The notes: generated by a model from the letters alone, not told the origin. 64,000 nucleotides of DNA from Candidatus Micrarchaeota archaeon (GCA_038046765.1 JBBSVN010000005.1:12037-76036); one strand, 5' to 3'. Shown: positions 1 through 10,418, counted from the stretch's first letter. Numbers and translations: made by a program.

Positions 1-886
1 GCCCATAACTCATTACGCTTGCACAGCTTGGCGTAACATATTGCTTACTTTTTGCATGTTCAAGCTGATACCGAGTAATTTTTTCATTGTAATCTGGCAA
101 GTTCGAATAAATACTAACCATCTGTTCCATATTTGTTTTAAGGCTAATTAAATAAACTGCTAAGTACCATCTAGCCTGGTGACCAAGGTTCTCGTGTTTT
201 TTAACTGATTCTAGTAGCTTTTCAATACATGGCGGGTTATCTAAATCTTCTAATTTTACATTGAATTCTGGTTGCACCATTTTTGGCAAACTTTCCTTTA
301 TTCTTTCGCTTGCGTTTTTTATCGTATCATTAGAATCTTTTACAAATGGTATTTTTTCTACGTGTTTTTTTACAGCTTCTTCAATTAATCGGTTAAGTTC
401 GTTCTTTTTGTCTGTTATTTCTACGCTTACAAAACCGTCAAAAACATCTCTGTTAATTAATCGGTACGGATTATCTGCTTTAGGCGCAAATTTCAAAAAA
501 GTCGCTAGTGGTACCACAATTTTATTTCCTATTTTAGAACTTGCAATCCCAAATTCATTGCCTAATTTTTCTACTTCTGCTTCGTTTTCTGATCCAAGGT
601 AAGCGTTTGTTTTTTTAGCCTCAGCAATTGCGTATCTGTTTGTTAAATACGTATTTTTCATAAAGCCTAAGATCATTCTTGAAGCTGCGTAGCTTGAAAT
701 TTCCTCTATTTTTTGAGAAAAATGTATTGCGCTGCTTTTAGGTATCGCGCCTGTTGAAAGGGCAGTTTTTATTCTGTCTATCGCTAATTCGATTATCTGT
801 TCGCTAATCTCTACGTTGTTTTTTATAAGAAGTTCTTTAGCGATACGTGTAAACGGGTATTTTACTGCGAAATCTATTTCTTCCAT
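1..886 (-). CDS. priL: DNA primase large subunit PriL, N-terminal ~295 aa only (ORF runs off the left window edge)
   Basis: Own translation of the minus strand from ATG at 886: MEEIDFAVKYPFTRIAKELL...LDNPPCIEKLLESVKKHENLGHQARWYLAVYL...RYQLEH..YVTPSCASVMSYG. The PPC(I/M), H..R and Y.(P)SC pattern matches the Fe-S C-terminal domain of archaeo-eukaryotic PriL. It is absent from the ORF track because no stop lies inside the window. Confidence 0.6.
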   Translation of the reverse strand, partial: MEEIDFAVKYPFTRIAKELLIKNNVEISEQIIELAIDRIKTALSTGAIPKSSAIHFSQKIEEISSYAASRMILGFMKNTYLTNRYAIAEAKKTNAYLGSENEAEVEKLGNEFGIASSKIGNKIVVPLATFLKFAPKADNPYRLINRDVFDGFVSVEITDKKNELNRLIEEAVKKHVEKIPFVKDSNDTIKNASERIKESLPKMVQPEFNVKLEDLDNPPCIEKLLESVKKHENLGHQARWYLAVYLISLKTNMEQMVSIYSNLPDYNEKITRYQLEHAKSKQYVTPSCASVMSYG

Positions 887-904
887 AGTGATATAATTAG
901 AAAG

Positions 905-1489
905 CTAGGTTTTTTCTAGCTTTGTGAACTCAAGAACTTCGATATAATAAACTGGTGGGTTGATTGTCCAGTTTTCCATCTTAAAAATGCCCCTTATAAA
1001 ATACGTGCCTTCTGCAGGTGAACAGTTCGATAAATTATATTTTGTTTCGATAAATTCTCCATTCACATATCTGTTGATTTCTCTTGTGCTACAGTTAGGT
1101 AGCAAATTATTGTTGCGTAGTTCGATTGTTTGATTTCCTTCTTTAAGTACGGGTATTGCCCCGCAACCGTTACAAGGAATTTCTCCTGTAAAATTCTGCG
1201 GTGCTAAACACGCCATGAGCGTGCAAATAGTTGGTTGATATTTTAATTCGCCTCGAACAAGTACTTCTTTGTTTAGAAAAACTAATTTTGAATCTAATAA
1301 TTCGCTTACATTATACGTTTGGTTTTCAATAATTCGTGGGTTGCCTGCAAGACATTTTTCAGGTGTTATGCTACAGTTAGGATAAACGTTTTGATTGCCC
1401 TGAGTGCATCCGAAAATAAAAACCGTAATTGCTATCGCTAAAACGAAAATTAAGTTCTTTGAATTCCTTAGAGTAAACATCTTTGTCAT
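905..1489 (-). CDS. hypothetical secreted Cys-rich lipoprotein or glycoprotein
   Basis: Track ORF. It has an N-terminal hydrophobic segment ending FIFGC (lipobox-like), many Cys residues and about 9 N-x-S/T sequons. Confidence 0.45.
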   Translation of the reverse strand: MTKMFTLRNSKNLIFVLAIAITVFIFGCTQGNQNVYPNCSITPEKCLAGNPRIIENQTYNVSELLDSKLVFLNKEVLVRGELKYQPTICTLMACLAPQNFTGEIPCNGCGAIPVLKEGNQTIELRNNNLLPNCSTREINRYVNGEFIETKYNLSNCSPAEGTYFIRGIFKMENWTINPPVYYIEVLEFTKLEKT

Positions 1490-1653
1490 AACTAAAACTA
1501 CATTCGAACTTGCTTTAAAAAGAAATGATTTTGTTAGGTCGGAAGCTAAACAGGAGTAATTTTCTGGAAGATTATTTTTTCATAACCCAACTTAAAACTA
1601 TGAATTTATACAAAATAGATATATTTATATAACTTTTCGGTATATTTATACTT

Positions 1654-1926
1654 ATGAAAACACAACAACAAATCCAGATAATGCATTCTCCAACCCTAAA
1701 TACAGTAATTATGATCGAAAAAGTTTTGCAGGAAGCAAAGCAAATCGTAAAAGTTGCAGAGATTAAAAGAAGATTGCCAAAACAGGTAATGCATAACACT
1801 CTTTTGCAAGTTCTAGATTATTTGCAAGAAAGTGGAAAAGTTCTAATTACGACTAAAGGTATCCTTTGGATTTACAGAACATCAACAGAACTTGAGAAGT
1901 TAAAAGAAGGGGGACTAGAACTATGA
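1654..1926 (+). CDS. small winged-helix-like DNA-binding protein, putative antitoxin
   Basis: Track ORF. Its stop overlaps the start of the next ORF (ATGA at 1923-1926). The C-terminal half (LLQVLDYLQESGKVLITTKGILWIY) looks like a wHTH wing. Confidence 0.4.
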   Translation: MKTQQQIQIMHSPTLNTVIMIEKVLQEAKQIVKVAEIKRRLPKQVMHNTLLQVLDYLQESGKVLITTKGILWIYRTSTELEKLKEGGLEL

Positions 1927-2288
1927 ACAGCAAAAGATCAGTTCGAGTTATTCTTAAAGATCAAGCACGTTTAGAGTTTGAAGAACTTAATATAATGGTT
2001 GGCGAACAACAAAATAAAGGGGAAACTAATTCAGAAGAGATGCAGCTTCTAAAATCAATACAACAGAAAGTTGAAATGCTTAAACTTAATCCAATGTATG
2101 GGGATAGCATACCCAAGCAACAAATTCCGCGTGATTTGGATGTCTCAAATCTATTTAGAGTTGGGCTTACGAATTACTGGAGAATGATTTATTCACTTGA
2201 GGGTAATCAAGTTGAAGTTATTGCGTTTATTTTGTATATCATTGATCATCCCACTTATGATAAAATGTTTGGATATAAAAAACGCTAA
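1923..2288 (+). CDS. RelE/ParE-superfamily toxin-like protein
   Basis: The C-terminus RVGLTNYWRMIYSLEGNQVEVIAFILYIIDHPTYDKMF fits the RelE/ParE pattern (R.G.YR.IY....v.vl.i.H...Y). The 4-nt overlap with the upstream small ORF is typical of type II TA operons. Confidence 0.5.
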   Translation: MNSKRSVRVILKDQARLEFEELNIMVGEQQNKGETNSEEMQLLKSIQQKVEMLKLNPMYGDSIPKQQIPRDLDVSNLFRVGLTNYWRMIYSLEGNQVEVIAFILYIIDHPTYDKMFGYKKR

Positions 2289-2316
2289 ATAATTTTTTAT
2301 AAATTTCAAAACCGTA

Positions 2317-3309
2317 TCAGTCTTTCGTCTTATCAACAAAAGCCTTAGCAACAATTAAAGGGAATATTATTGTAGCATCGCCAAAAACTTTAACGTGCTT
2401 GGCTTCTGCTGCAATTTTACCCCAGCTAATCGCTTCATCTGGGTTAGCTCCGGAATCACTTCCGTCAAATTCCTGGGCATTATTTATATAAACTGCGTAT
2501 TCAGCTCCGTTTCTAAACATATTCGCGTTACAAATATGGTGCTTAACCATACCGCTTCCTAAGATTATCATGCCTGTTTTTTTAGAAGTTATTGCAAGGT
2601 CGTTTATTTTTTTAATGTCATCAGCAATGTCTACTTTAAATTCAGGGTGTTTATACTTGAAAAAGTAAATCATGTCTCCCATAGAGCCATCAGTAAATGC
2701 AGGACAAAAAACAGGAATGTTGTTTTTATGACACCAGTAATAAATGCTTTCTTTGTTGTTTATCTTTTCTCCTAGTTTGTTTATTATGTCACTTACGCTG
2801 TTGACATTTGATTTTTTATTTATTTCTTCTAAAAATGGTAAAAAAAACTTCTCGAACTCAACATATCTTTCATTAGGAACAAAAATATTTCCTGTTCGGT
2901 TAATTCCTCTTTCTCTTAAAGCAGCGCCATCAGCGTTAAAATCTCCTAGCATAAATGGTTCAATGCATTTAATTAGGTCTTCTTCGACTCCTCCGGCGGT
3001 AGTAACAACTACATCGACCATCTTATTTTCAACTAGATACCTAAAAACATCACGAAGACCGGAAGTAACCATGTTAGATGTATAACCTAGAAAAATCGTG
3101 CACTTCTCCTTTCGCATTTTCTTGATTATTTCAATTGCCTTACCTAAATTCGTTGCCTGAAAGCCCGTTGTGCTAAAGCTATCTAAAAGTTTATCATAAT
3201 CTAAGCCTTCACTAAAGTCGTATCCTTTAATCGCGACATAATTCTTAGGGTTATCTGAATCCCGAAGTATGTTTGCTTTCGCTGTTTTTAGTTTTTCAGA
3301 TTCTTTCAT
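2317..3309 (-). CDS. dys: deoxyhypusine synthase
   Basis: Full-length similarity by eye to DHS: GYTSNMVTSGLRD, TTAGGVEEDLIKC, ILGSGMVKHHICNAN, SGANPDEAISWGKI. Confidence 0.85.
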   Translation of the reverse strand: MKESEKLKTAKANILRDSDNPKNYVAIKGYDFSEGLDYDKLLDSFSTTGFQATNLGKAIEIIKKMRKEKCTIFLGYTSNMVTSGLRDVFRYLVENKMVDVVVTTAGGVEEDLIKCIEPFMLGDFNADGAALRERGINRTGNIFVPNERYVEFEKFFLPFLEEINKKSNVNSVSDIINKLGEKINNKESIYYWCHKNNIPVFCPAFTDGSMGDMIYFFKYKHPEFKVDIADDIKKINDLAITSKKTGMIILGSGMVKHHICNANMFRNGAEYAVYINNAQEFDGSDSGANPDEAISWGKIAAEAKHVKVFGDATIIFPLIVAKAFVDKTKD

Positions 3310-3321
3310 GAAAATAACACC

Positions 3322-4080
3322 TTATTCCTTCTTTAATTTAAAATACGCTTCTGCAAGTTTGTTCGCCAAATCGCTAGCGCAAAAATTAAACCCAACTTGT
3401 TTCGATAAAAGTTCTCCGGCATAACCAACTACTTGCGCTCCAGCTGAAGCAGATTCAAAACTTGCATTTTTACACGCAAGTGCTGCGACAAAACCTGCTA
3501 GTACATCGCCCGTACCCCCCTTTGTCATGCCTTGATTATGTATGTAGTTAATTCCCATTTCTTTACCATCGCTTATGATGTCTCCACTAGGATCTTTTTT
3601 AAGAATCGTTAAATCATATTTGGCTGCCATTGCATGCACATTCTCCTGTGTTCCAGGAACGTTAAATAAATTCCTAAACTCCGCTTCGTGAGGGGTTATG
3701 ATTGCATTTTTTGGAATTTTACTTCCAAATCTTTTTAGCCCATCGCCATCAATAACGAGCCTTTCGCATCCTTTAAGTAAATTTATGTCAAATTCGGATT
3801 TTCCAAGTCCGATTCCAAATAAAGTACAATCAACTTTTTTTATGATCTCTAAATCAGTTACAACAATTACTTCTGGAATGTGCTTAATCGCGCGAACGAG
3901 TAATTCATCGCTTTCACCAGGATAAAAATAAAGTAAATCTACAAAACGTCTTGCGGCAAGCAGGCTAAATATAGGTGCGCCATGGTAATCTTCGCTTCCT
4001 CCAATTATTAATAGTTTTCCGTTTTCGCCCTTATGTGAATTTGCAGGTGCAACATATAGCGATTTAATGATATCTTGCAT
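3322..4080 (-). CDS. ADP-dependent NAD(P)H-hydrate dehydratase (YjeF C-terminal / carbohydrate kinase family)
   Basis: HKGENGKLLIIGGS and KGGTGDVLAGFVAA motifs, and a length of 252 aa. Confidence 0.8.
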   Translation of the reverse strand: MQDIIKSLYVAPANSHKGENGKLLIIGGSEDYHGAPIFSLLAARRFVDLLYFYPGESDELLVRAIKHIPEVIVVTDLEIIKKVDCTLFGIGLGKSEFDINLLKGCERLVIDGDGLKRFGSKIPKNAIITPHEAEFRNLFNVPGTQENVHAMAAKYDLTILKKDPSGDIISDGKEMGINYIHNQGMTKGGTGDVLAGFVAALACKNASFESASAGAQVVGYAGELLSKQVGFNFCASDLANKLAEAYFKLKKE

Positions 4081-4956
4081 GGTTATCTATCTATGGCTGG
4101 AATTAAAAGTTTTGTGTTACGCAGTTCTTCATCCTTTTTTTATGGTTTATGTTTTACAATCCTATTCTTTTTGCTAGGAAATGCCGTTATAACTGCACAA
4201 AAGCCTCTTTTACAGGATATTTTTTATAATCAAATTCCAAAAACGTTCTTAGGTAGTGCTGCAGTTACCAAATTAATTGATAATCAAGTTTCATCTTCAT
4301 TAAACGATGCGCAGCTTGAAACATTATTATCTTCATTGCCTTTGCTTTGTTCCACAAATAACCCTCCTGAGGATTTAGTATTACTTTGTCAAGATTATAA
4401 TAGTGGAAAAATAAACTCTGCCCAGGATATAAAATTATTCTTTAGACGCCTCACACTAAATAACTCCGCAGATATGCTAAAAACCCAATTTCGTACAATC
4501 TTTAATCAATTTGATTCTATTCTTCAAATCGATTCTAGGTTGCAGTTTGTCCTATTTTTAACTGCAATCGGGTGTCTTTTATTCGGCTTTATTTTAGGTT
4601 TTCTTATTTCAAATAACTTAAATCAAACATCTTACTTGGGGTTTAATACTCTATTTTGGTCTAGCTTAAGCAACTTATTTTTCTTTTCCATAATTTATCT
4701 TTTTGGGGTTAATTTGCTAAATCTATTTTCACCGTTTATCATTAATTTTTTATCCTCTAGTTTACCAAGTACCTCAGTCCCAATAATTCAAGAAATTCTT
4801 CCTCAAGTATTCTTTTTGTTTCTGCCGTGGTTGCAAACTATATCTCTAAATCTCTTGTACTATTTTGCGCCAGTAACTATCCTGGGGTTAGCTGGCAAAG
4901 TGTACTTCGGAGCTAAAAAAGATGACCCTAGTAAGGCCGAACCAAAAGAAAGTTGA
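4075..4956 (+). CDS. hypothetical polytopic membrane protein
   Basis: Track ORF with several hydrophobic segments. The true start may be ATG at 4093 (MAGIKSF). Confidence 0.4.
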   Translation: MHGYLSMAGIKSFVLRSSSSFFYGLCFTILFFLLGNAVITAQKPLLQDIFYNQIPKTFLGSAAVTKLIDNQVSSSLNDAQLETLLSSLPLLCSTNNPPEDLVLLCQDYNSGKINSAQDIKLFFRRLTLNNSADMLKTQFRTIFNQFDSILQIDSRLQFVLFLTAIGCLLFGFILGFLISNNLNQTSYLGFNTLFWSSLSNLFFFSIIYLFGVNLLNLFSPFIINFLSSSLPSTSVPIIQEILPQVFFLFLPWLQTISLNLLYYFAPVTILGLAGKVYFGAKKDDPSKAEPKES

Positions 4957-4997
4957 AAAAAGCAACATTTAAATACTGTTTTTAACACAATAAAAAT

Positions 4998-6548
4998 ATG
5001 CACTCACTTAAAAAACACTTAATTGGATCAGCATTTGCCATCATTTCACTATGCTCGTCAGTTCCTTATCTACAAAGAGCAAATCCTTCCACTCCAGAGC
5101 GACCAAGAACAATGCTAACTCAAAAGGAATTAATTGAAGATTTAAGGCACAAAAGCTTCGAAGAAATAGACAAAATTCTATTCGATCAAATGGATGCAAA
5201 AGGTAAAATTCTTAGTGTTCTAGGTAGTCTAAGAACCAATGGTAACTATCTTGGAATAACAAAACACGGCATGGATAAAAAAGGGCTCTTTAATCTTTAT
5301 ACTTTTAAATCCTGGCAAGGTACACCTCATTTAATAAAAGCTCAGGATCTACAAGTATTTCTACCGATTATGGAACAAATAACTGGGACAACAATAAAAA
5401 ATCCGAATATAATTTTTAAGAGCGAACCATGTGAGGATGACAATCTTGGCTGCAGAACTAATAAAGATGTCCAGTTAAAATCTGAATTAAGGTATGCAAT
5501 ACCCACGCTCCTAAGTACGTTTGCTCATGAATTTAACCATGAAACCTCTATAAATAGACGTAACTATAACTTTGATTATTTTGGCCGTGCGTTATCTCAG
5601 GTTGAATCTAACATGGCCGCAGTATTATTTGGTAAAAAAATTGCTTATGATTATGGCGAACCTTTTCTAGGACAAAAAATCATGGAAGCAGGCGCAGATT
5701 TTCTATTTTATTCCCCGCAAGGAGATAAACTTTTTGACTTTGACGTGGTTACAAACTCATTTAGATTAATGATGGCAAAGACTCAAGCCCAAGGCGATGA
5801 CGGTCAAGAAAAAATGATCGATATAATCTTTACTCTACTTCTTCATAAATTTTCTTATGACCTAGACGCAGCTTATAACTATGTTCGAAATAATTCCGAT
5901 ATGACTATTTATGGCCTTCTTGTCGAAAACTATAACGATGTTGCAAGCATGCACTCTCTTCTTATAGATACACAAAGAACTTTCCTAAAAAATTTGGAAG
6001 ATTCAATTCATTGCGATGCGATATCTCCTCCGATGATTTACTGTCAAGAAGACCTAAATAAATTTTCTGGGCTTTCTAAGGAACAAATTGGGAAAAAAAT
6101 GAATAATGAAATCGATCGTATAGTACGGGGGATAGAATGGATCCTAACTAGCTATAGATCAGAAGAGGAAGGCCAAAAGCATAGCTTTGTTGGTGGAATC
6201 TATGCAAGAGGGGATCAGATTGATCTTGATCTTCAAATTCATCCAAAGCTAACCGAAGAAATCAAAAGACGCATTGATGAAGCGGATCCTAGGGTATCTG
6301 TTGCTGGGTGTCATATTAATCCCATAACCGAGACTATAAATTACACTATTAGTTTTAAAATCAAAATACCAAAAAAAGAATTAACTAAACCAAGAAAATT
6401 CTATAAAAAAACCAGATATTTCCTTGATAATGGGGATGAAATTCGATTAGGCGGGGCAATAGCTTCACTAGACAAATACCTAAATAATTTATGGGGAATT
6501 GCAAGAATTTATGGAGCTGCACACAATAAAGCAAAATGGTCTGATTAA
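4998..6548 (+). CDS. hypothetical secreted protein with an HExxH zinc-metalloprotease-like motif
   Basis: Signal-like N-terminus (LIGSAFAIISLCSS) and TFAHEFNHE (HExxH). I recognise no other family. Confidence 0.4.
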   Translation: MHSLKKHLIGSAFAIISLCSSVPYLQRANPSTPERPRTMLTQKELIEDLRHKSFEEIDKILFDQMDAKGKILSVLGSLRTNGNYLGITKHGMDKKGLFNLYTFKSWQGTPHLIKAQDLQVFLPIMEQITGTTIKNPNIIFKSEPCEDDNLGCRTNKDVQLKSELRYAIPTLLSTFAHEFNHETSINRRNYNFDYFGRALSQVESNMAAVLFGKKIAYDYGEPFLGQKIMEAGADFLFYSPQGDKLFDFDVVTNSFRLMMAKTQAQGDDGQEKMIDIIFTLLLHKFSYDLDAAYNYVRNNSDMTIYGLLVENYNDVASMHSLLIDTQRTFLKNLEDSIHCDAISPPMIYCQEDLNKFSGLSKEQIGKKMNNEIDRIVRGIEWILTSYRSEEEGQKHSFVGGIYARGDQIDLDLQIHPKLTEEIKRRIDEADPRVSVAGCHINPITETINYTISFKIKIPKKELTKPRKFYKKTRYFLDNGDEIRLGGAIASLDKYLNNLWGIARIYGAAHNKAKWSD

Positions 6549-7351
6549 AAATATTTCCTAATTTTTTCATTCAAACTAGTTGCTTCTTCTAATGCGGCTT
6601 TTGCTGGTTTTAATCCTGCTCGTTTTTCATAAGCAAATGCAATTGAAGAAGACGCGTTTATTCTGTGGATTGCAGGGTTAGTTTTTATTGCCTTAAGTGT
6701 GGCGTCTAAATCTCCGCCCTGCGAGCCGATTCCCGGAATTAAAAGAGGGGTCTGATTTTTAGTCATTTTTGCAATGTCTGCGATTGCGTCGCTTGTTGCT
6801 CCAACAACTAATCCTGTTTTCCAAACGATCGATTTTTGTGCTACAAGTTCATATAATTTCTTACTGCCTATTTGTTGTTCTTGAAAATCTTTTGCTCCTT
6901 CATTGCTTGTCCTGCATAAAACATAAGCTAGTTTATCCTCTCTTACAAATGGGGCGACCGAATCAGTTCCCATATATGGTGAAACAGTAACTGCATGCGC
7001 ACCAAAGAAATCGTACGCTTCTTTCGCATAAGCTAAACCTGTTTTTCCAATATCTCCTCTCTTAGCGTCAAGGATTACAAATGTTTGATTCTTGTACCTG
7101 CTAATTACTGATTTTAATGCCATGATCCCTTCAAATCCGTATTGCGCAAAGAAAGCATAGTTTGGTTTTATTGCAGAAATTTGGCCTTCTTTAATAAGTA
7201 AGTCTGTTATTTCAAAATAATAATTTGTAATTCGCTGCCCGATTTCTCCTTCGGTTCCTTTTAGTTTTTCAAAACTAGGGTCAATTCCAAAGCAAAGGTT
7301 CGTTTTAGCTGATTCTGCCAAGTTTTTTAGCATTTGTTTTGATTTTTCCAT
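6545..7351 (-). CDS. pyrF: orotidine 5'-phosphate decarboxylase
   Basis: FGIDP, ILDAKRGDIGKT and PGIGSQGG motifs. Confidence 0.85.
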   Translation of the reverse strand: MEKSKQMLKNLAESAKTNLCFGIDPSFEKLKGTEGEIGQRITNYYFEITDLLIKEGQISAIKPNYAFFAQYGFEGIMALKSVISRYKNQTFVILDAKRGDIGKTGLAYAKEAYDFFGAHAVTVSPYMGTDSVAPFVREDKLAYVLCRTSNEGAKDFQEQQIGSKKLYELVAQKSIVWKTGLVVGATSDAIADIAKMTKNQTPLLIPGIGSQGGDLDATLKAIKTNPAIHRINASSSIAFAYEKRAGLKPAKAALEEATSLNEKIRKYF

Positions 7352-7404
7352 AAATTAAACTTATTCCAAATTCTTTAATTACCTTTGTATTTACTATTTA
7401 TAGT

Positions 7405-9786
7405 ATGTCTAATCTTGAAACTTATATTTCTAAAGCAAAAGAAAATCTTTTTTCTATAAACATTATTCTGCTGTTGCTTATTTTATTTCTTATAAAAGGC
7501 TTTTACTTTGAAGTAGGTGCATTTCTCTTACTGCTTTTACCCTACTTTTTACTTACATATAAGTGGGATTTAGGCATAATCGAGAGAGCGTTGCTTAGTT
7601 TACCATTAGCTGGTTTATCATTTTTACTATTGTACTTACTTTCCGTATGGGGTCTTGCGCTTCCGCAGTATCTGGTTGTTGGCATTGTTTTTGTACTGCC
7701 TCTTATTATTTCATTTATATTCTATAAGAAAAAAATTATTGATGATTTAAGTTCTAAATTTAATGGTGGTTTTCCATCTGTTCTTTCAAATCAGACACTT
7801 TTTTGCGTACTACTAATTATACTAGTGACTACTCTAGCATATCAGGGATTACTTAATGAAACGTCAATACCAAGAACCGATGCTATGGAGTATCTAGCTA
7901 AGATTTCCTTTGTAGAAAAGTCTTTGCGTTTTGATGATCAAATTTTTTCCTGGTATGACAAACAGCAATTAGGTTATCCTATCTTTACTTTTGATCCCCT
8001 GTTATCTTTTATTTTTTGCGGAGTTTTAGCATTTCTTAGCGGGGCTAGCCTGATTAAAATCTTCAACATTATCTTCCTGTTTTTTATGATATTTCTTACG
8101 CTTGGTGTTTTTCTTTTAGCTCGTTCTATATTCAAAAACGACCTTTTAGCATTGCTTTGTGCAATAATATTTATTGCAACTCCTTCAATTACACTTAATG
8201 CGCTTTATGTTGGAAACTACAAGTTATTTGCAGCATACGCGGCAATGCCCCTGGCACTGCATTTTATCTATAAAATTCTTTCAAGAGATGAGCAAGCTAA
8301 GCAAATTCTGGGATTACTTTTTGCATATATATTTCTGTCTCACTCCAGCGTATTTATACCATTAATTATACTTGCAACTTTGGCTGTTTTTATATACCAC
8401 TTCTTTAAAGAAGGACTTATTATTTTTATCTCTTTTATAGAAACTCTTCACGCACTAATTAAGCCTATAGGAATATTCCTTTTATTTACCTTATTTTTCA
8501 TTCTTCCTATATTCATTTATGGCCCCTACATATCAAAATCATTCCAGCAGCCAGAAGTTCAAAGCATTCCTGATTTAGCTAAAACAATATACTCTGTCAT
8601 AATTGCCCCTCTATTTACAGAGCCTCTATTAAACGAACAAAAAGGTTCGCTATCTGTGGGCGTTTTGTATGGTGTTTTTGTAATCTTATCTTTTATTGTG
8701 CTTGCTTTTGACTATAAAAAGAATAATCAAAACATAGTACATGGAATTACAATTGCATTTGTAATTTGTTGGATTGTCATATTTTTACTTTCCAATTACG
8801 TAAGCATCGTAGCAAAGACACTTGTTGGCTTTGACAGAATGGCTCCGTTTTTCGCACTGTTTTATTGCGTACTAATTACATACTTGTTTTATCGGGCTTA
8901 CAATCTAACAGCAGCTAATCCGATTGCAGGATATGTAATAATTATTTTAGCCATTGCTTTTGTAAGCAACTACATTATAATTACAAATCAAAAATCTTTT
9001 CTTTATGTTAATGAAGATTCATTGTATACACAGGTTTATGAGTACGGGAATTTTACATCTAAAGTTTTTGGTTCCCTACCTGGAAGACAAACAACCTACG
9101 GCCTATTTTCTCCATCTTTACAGCCTATGTTTACTATAGCAAATAATATATCTACAAATGGTTTAGGTTTTGTCCAGGGTCAGCACACAGACATTTATCT
9201 AAGTAGAATGACTGATGTAAAAAATTCATGGGGTGTACCAAATCAGACATCTGCTAAGGAAATTTTTAAACTGTTCAAACTTACTGATGTTAGAAATATC
9301 TATGTTGATACTTGTACTGCTGGAGGTCAAACATTTGTTAAAAAATTCCAAAATTGTGATGAGTGCAAATTTACCAAAATTGATGATATCTCAGATTGCT
9401 ATATACTTGCTTTCCTAGATGGTTCTTTCGCAGAAGGTTTCAGTACCATCCCAACAGAAAACAATTATGGCACTATTGCTTCAGCGAACGTTGCTACAAA
9501 CAGGGTAAATCCACAGCAGATAAACATTCTGGCTCCAAGTTCAAAGTACATCTTAGTAAAAGAAGAATATTTCCCTAATTGGCATGCTTATCAGAATGGT
9601 ATTGGGGAAGTGAAAATCCAGGAATCGGACATAGGGCTTATGATTGTTGAGAATGTTAATGGGAAAAATATCCAGATGAAGTATGAACTTGCGCTTTGGG
9701 AAAAACTGCTATTTCTGATTAGTATTGGAGGATTAAGCCTTGTGGTGTTTCACCCAAGCTTCAATTTTATTAAATCAAGTACGTAG
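7405..9786 (+). CDS. large polytopic membrane protein, possible GT-C-fold (lipid-linked sugar dependent) glycosyltransferase
   Basis: 793 aa with more than 12 predicted TM segments followed by a soluble C-terminal domain. It is convergent with and overlaps a GT2 dolichyl-phosphate sugar synthase gene. No WWDYG motif is seen, so it is not a clear AglB. Confidence 0.4.
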   Translation: MSNLETYISKAKENLFSINIILLLLILFLIKGFYFEVGAFLLLLLPYFLLTYKWDLGIIERALLSLPLAGLSFLLLYLLSVWGLALPQYLVVGIVFVLPLIISFIFYKKKIIDDLSSKFNGGFPSVLSNQTLFCVLLIILVTTLAYQGLLNETSIPRTDAMEYLAKISFVEKSLRFDDQIFSWYDKQQLGYPIFTFDPLLSFIFCGVLAFLSGASLIKIFNIIFLFFMIFLTLGVFLLARSIFKNDLLALLCAIIFIATPSITLNALYVGNYKLFAAYAAMPLALHFIYKILSRDEQAKQILGLLFAYIFLSHSSVFIPLIILATLAVFIYHFFKEGLIIFISFIETLHALIKPIGIFLLFTLFFILPIFIYGPYISKSFQQPEVQSIPDLAKTIYSVIIAPLFTEPLLNEQKGSLSVGVLYGVFVILSFIVLAFDYKKNNQNIVHGITIAFVICWIVIFLLSNYVSIVAKTLVGFDRMAPFFALFYCVLITYLFYRAYNLTAANPIAGYVIIILAIAFVSNYIIITNQKSFLYVNEDSLYTQVYEYGNFTSKVFGSLPGRQTTYGLFSPSLQPMFTIANNISTNGLGFVQGQHTDIYLSRMTDVKNSWGVPNQTSAKEIFKLFKLTDVRNIYVDTCTAGGQTFVKKFQNCDECKFTKIDDISDCYILAFLDGSFAEGFSTIPTENNYGTIASANVATNRVNPQQINILAPSSKYILVKEEYFPNWHAYQNGIGEVKIQESDIGLMIVENVNGKNIQMKYELALWEKLLFLISIGGLSLVVFHPSFNFIKSST

Positions 9787-10418
9787 TTCATCATTTCTTT
9801 TTGGTCTAACTTGGTCTGTCCATAAAGTCTGTCCTGAAAAACATATGGTATTTCTTTAATTTTAATTTTAGGGTTTTTTGCAAGTATGTTCATTAGTATT
9901 TTGTATCCCTTAACCTTGATTTTAGTGTTTTGAAGTATGCTTTTTTTAATTGCGAAAAATCCGCTCATCGGGTCGCTTATGTTTGTTCCGATTAGCATAT
10001 TTGCCATTAACGTAGCTCCAGCAGATACTATTTTCCTATGTATTGGCCAGGTTTCAACTTTACCACCCTCGATATTTCTGCTGCCAATCACCAGATCCGA
10101 TGTTTCTAAAGCTTTTACAAATTCAGGTAATTTTTCTGGTGGGTGTGAAAGATCTGCGTCCATTACTATTATGTTTTCTGTTTCTGCTTTTTCTATCCCC
10201 GCTATTACTGCGCTAGCTAAACCTAGTTTACCCTCTCGCTTTACCAAAGTTAAATTATAATTTTTAGATAAATCTAACGCAACTTTTGCCGTACCATCTG
10301 GAGAGTTATCGTCAACAATTACAATCTGGTAGTTGTTCTTAAGCGCTGTATCTATTCGTTTTACCAGTATCGGCAGGTTATCTTTTTCGTTGTAAGTTGG
10401 AATCACTATTGAAATCAT
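9750..10418 (-). CDS. GT2 dolichyl-phosphate mannose/glucose synthase-like glycosyltransferase
   Basis: ISIVIPTYNE, VDDNSPDGT and MDADLSHPP motifs. Confidence 0.8.
   Translation of the reverse strand: MISIVIPTYNEKDNLPILVKRIDTALKNNYQIVIVDDNSPDGTAKVALDLSKNYNLTLVKREGKLGLASAVIAGIEKAETENIIVMDADLSHPPEKLPEFVKALETSDLVIGSRNIEGGKVETWPIHRKIVSAGATLMANMLIGTNISDPMSGFFAIKKSILQNTKIKVKGYKILMNILAKNPKIKIKEIPYVFQDRLYGQTKLDQKEMMNYVLDLIKLKLG

Noticed and set aside
261-602. Track ORF (113 aa, TTG start) on the plus strand
   Set aside because: It lies antisense within the PriL coding region. The sequence is low-complexity Ser/Phe/Leu-rich, typical of a shadow ORF in AT-rich DNA.
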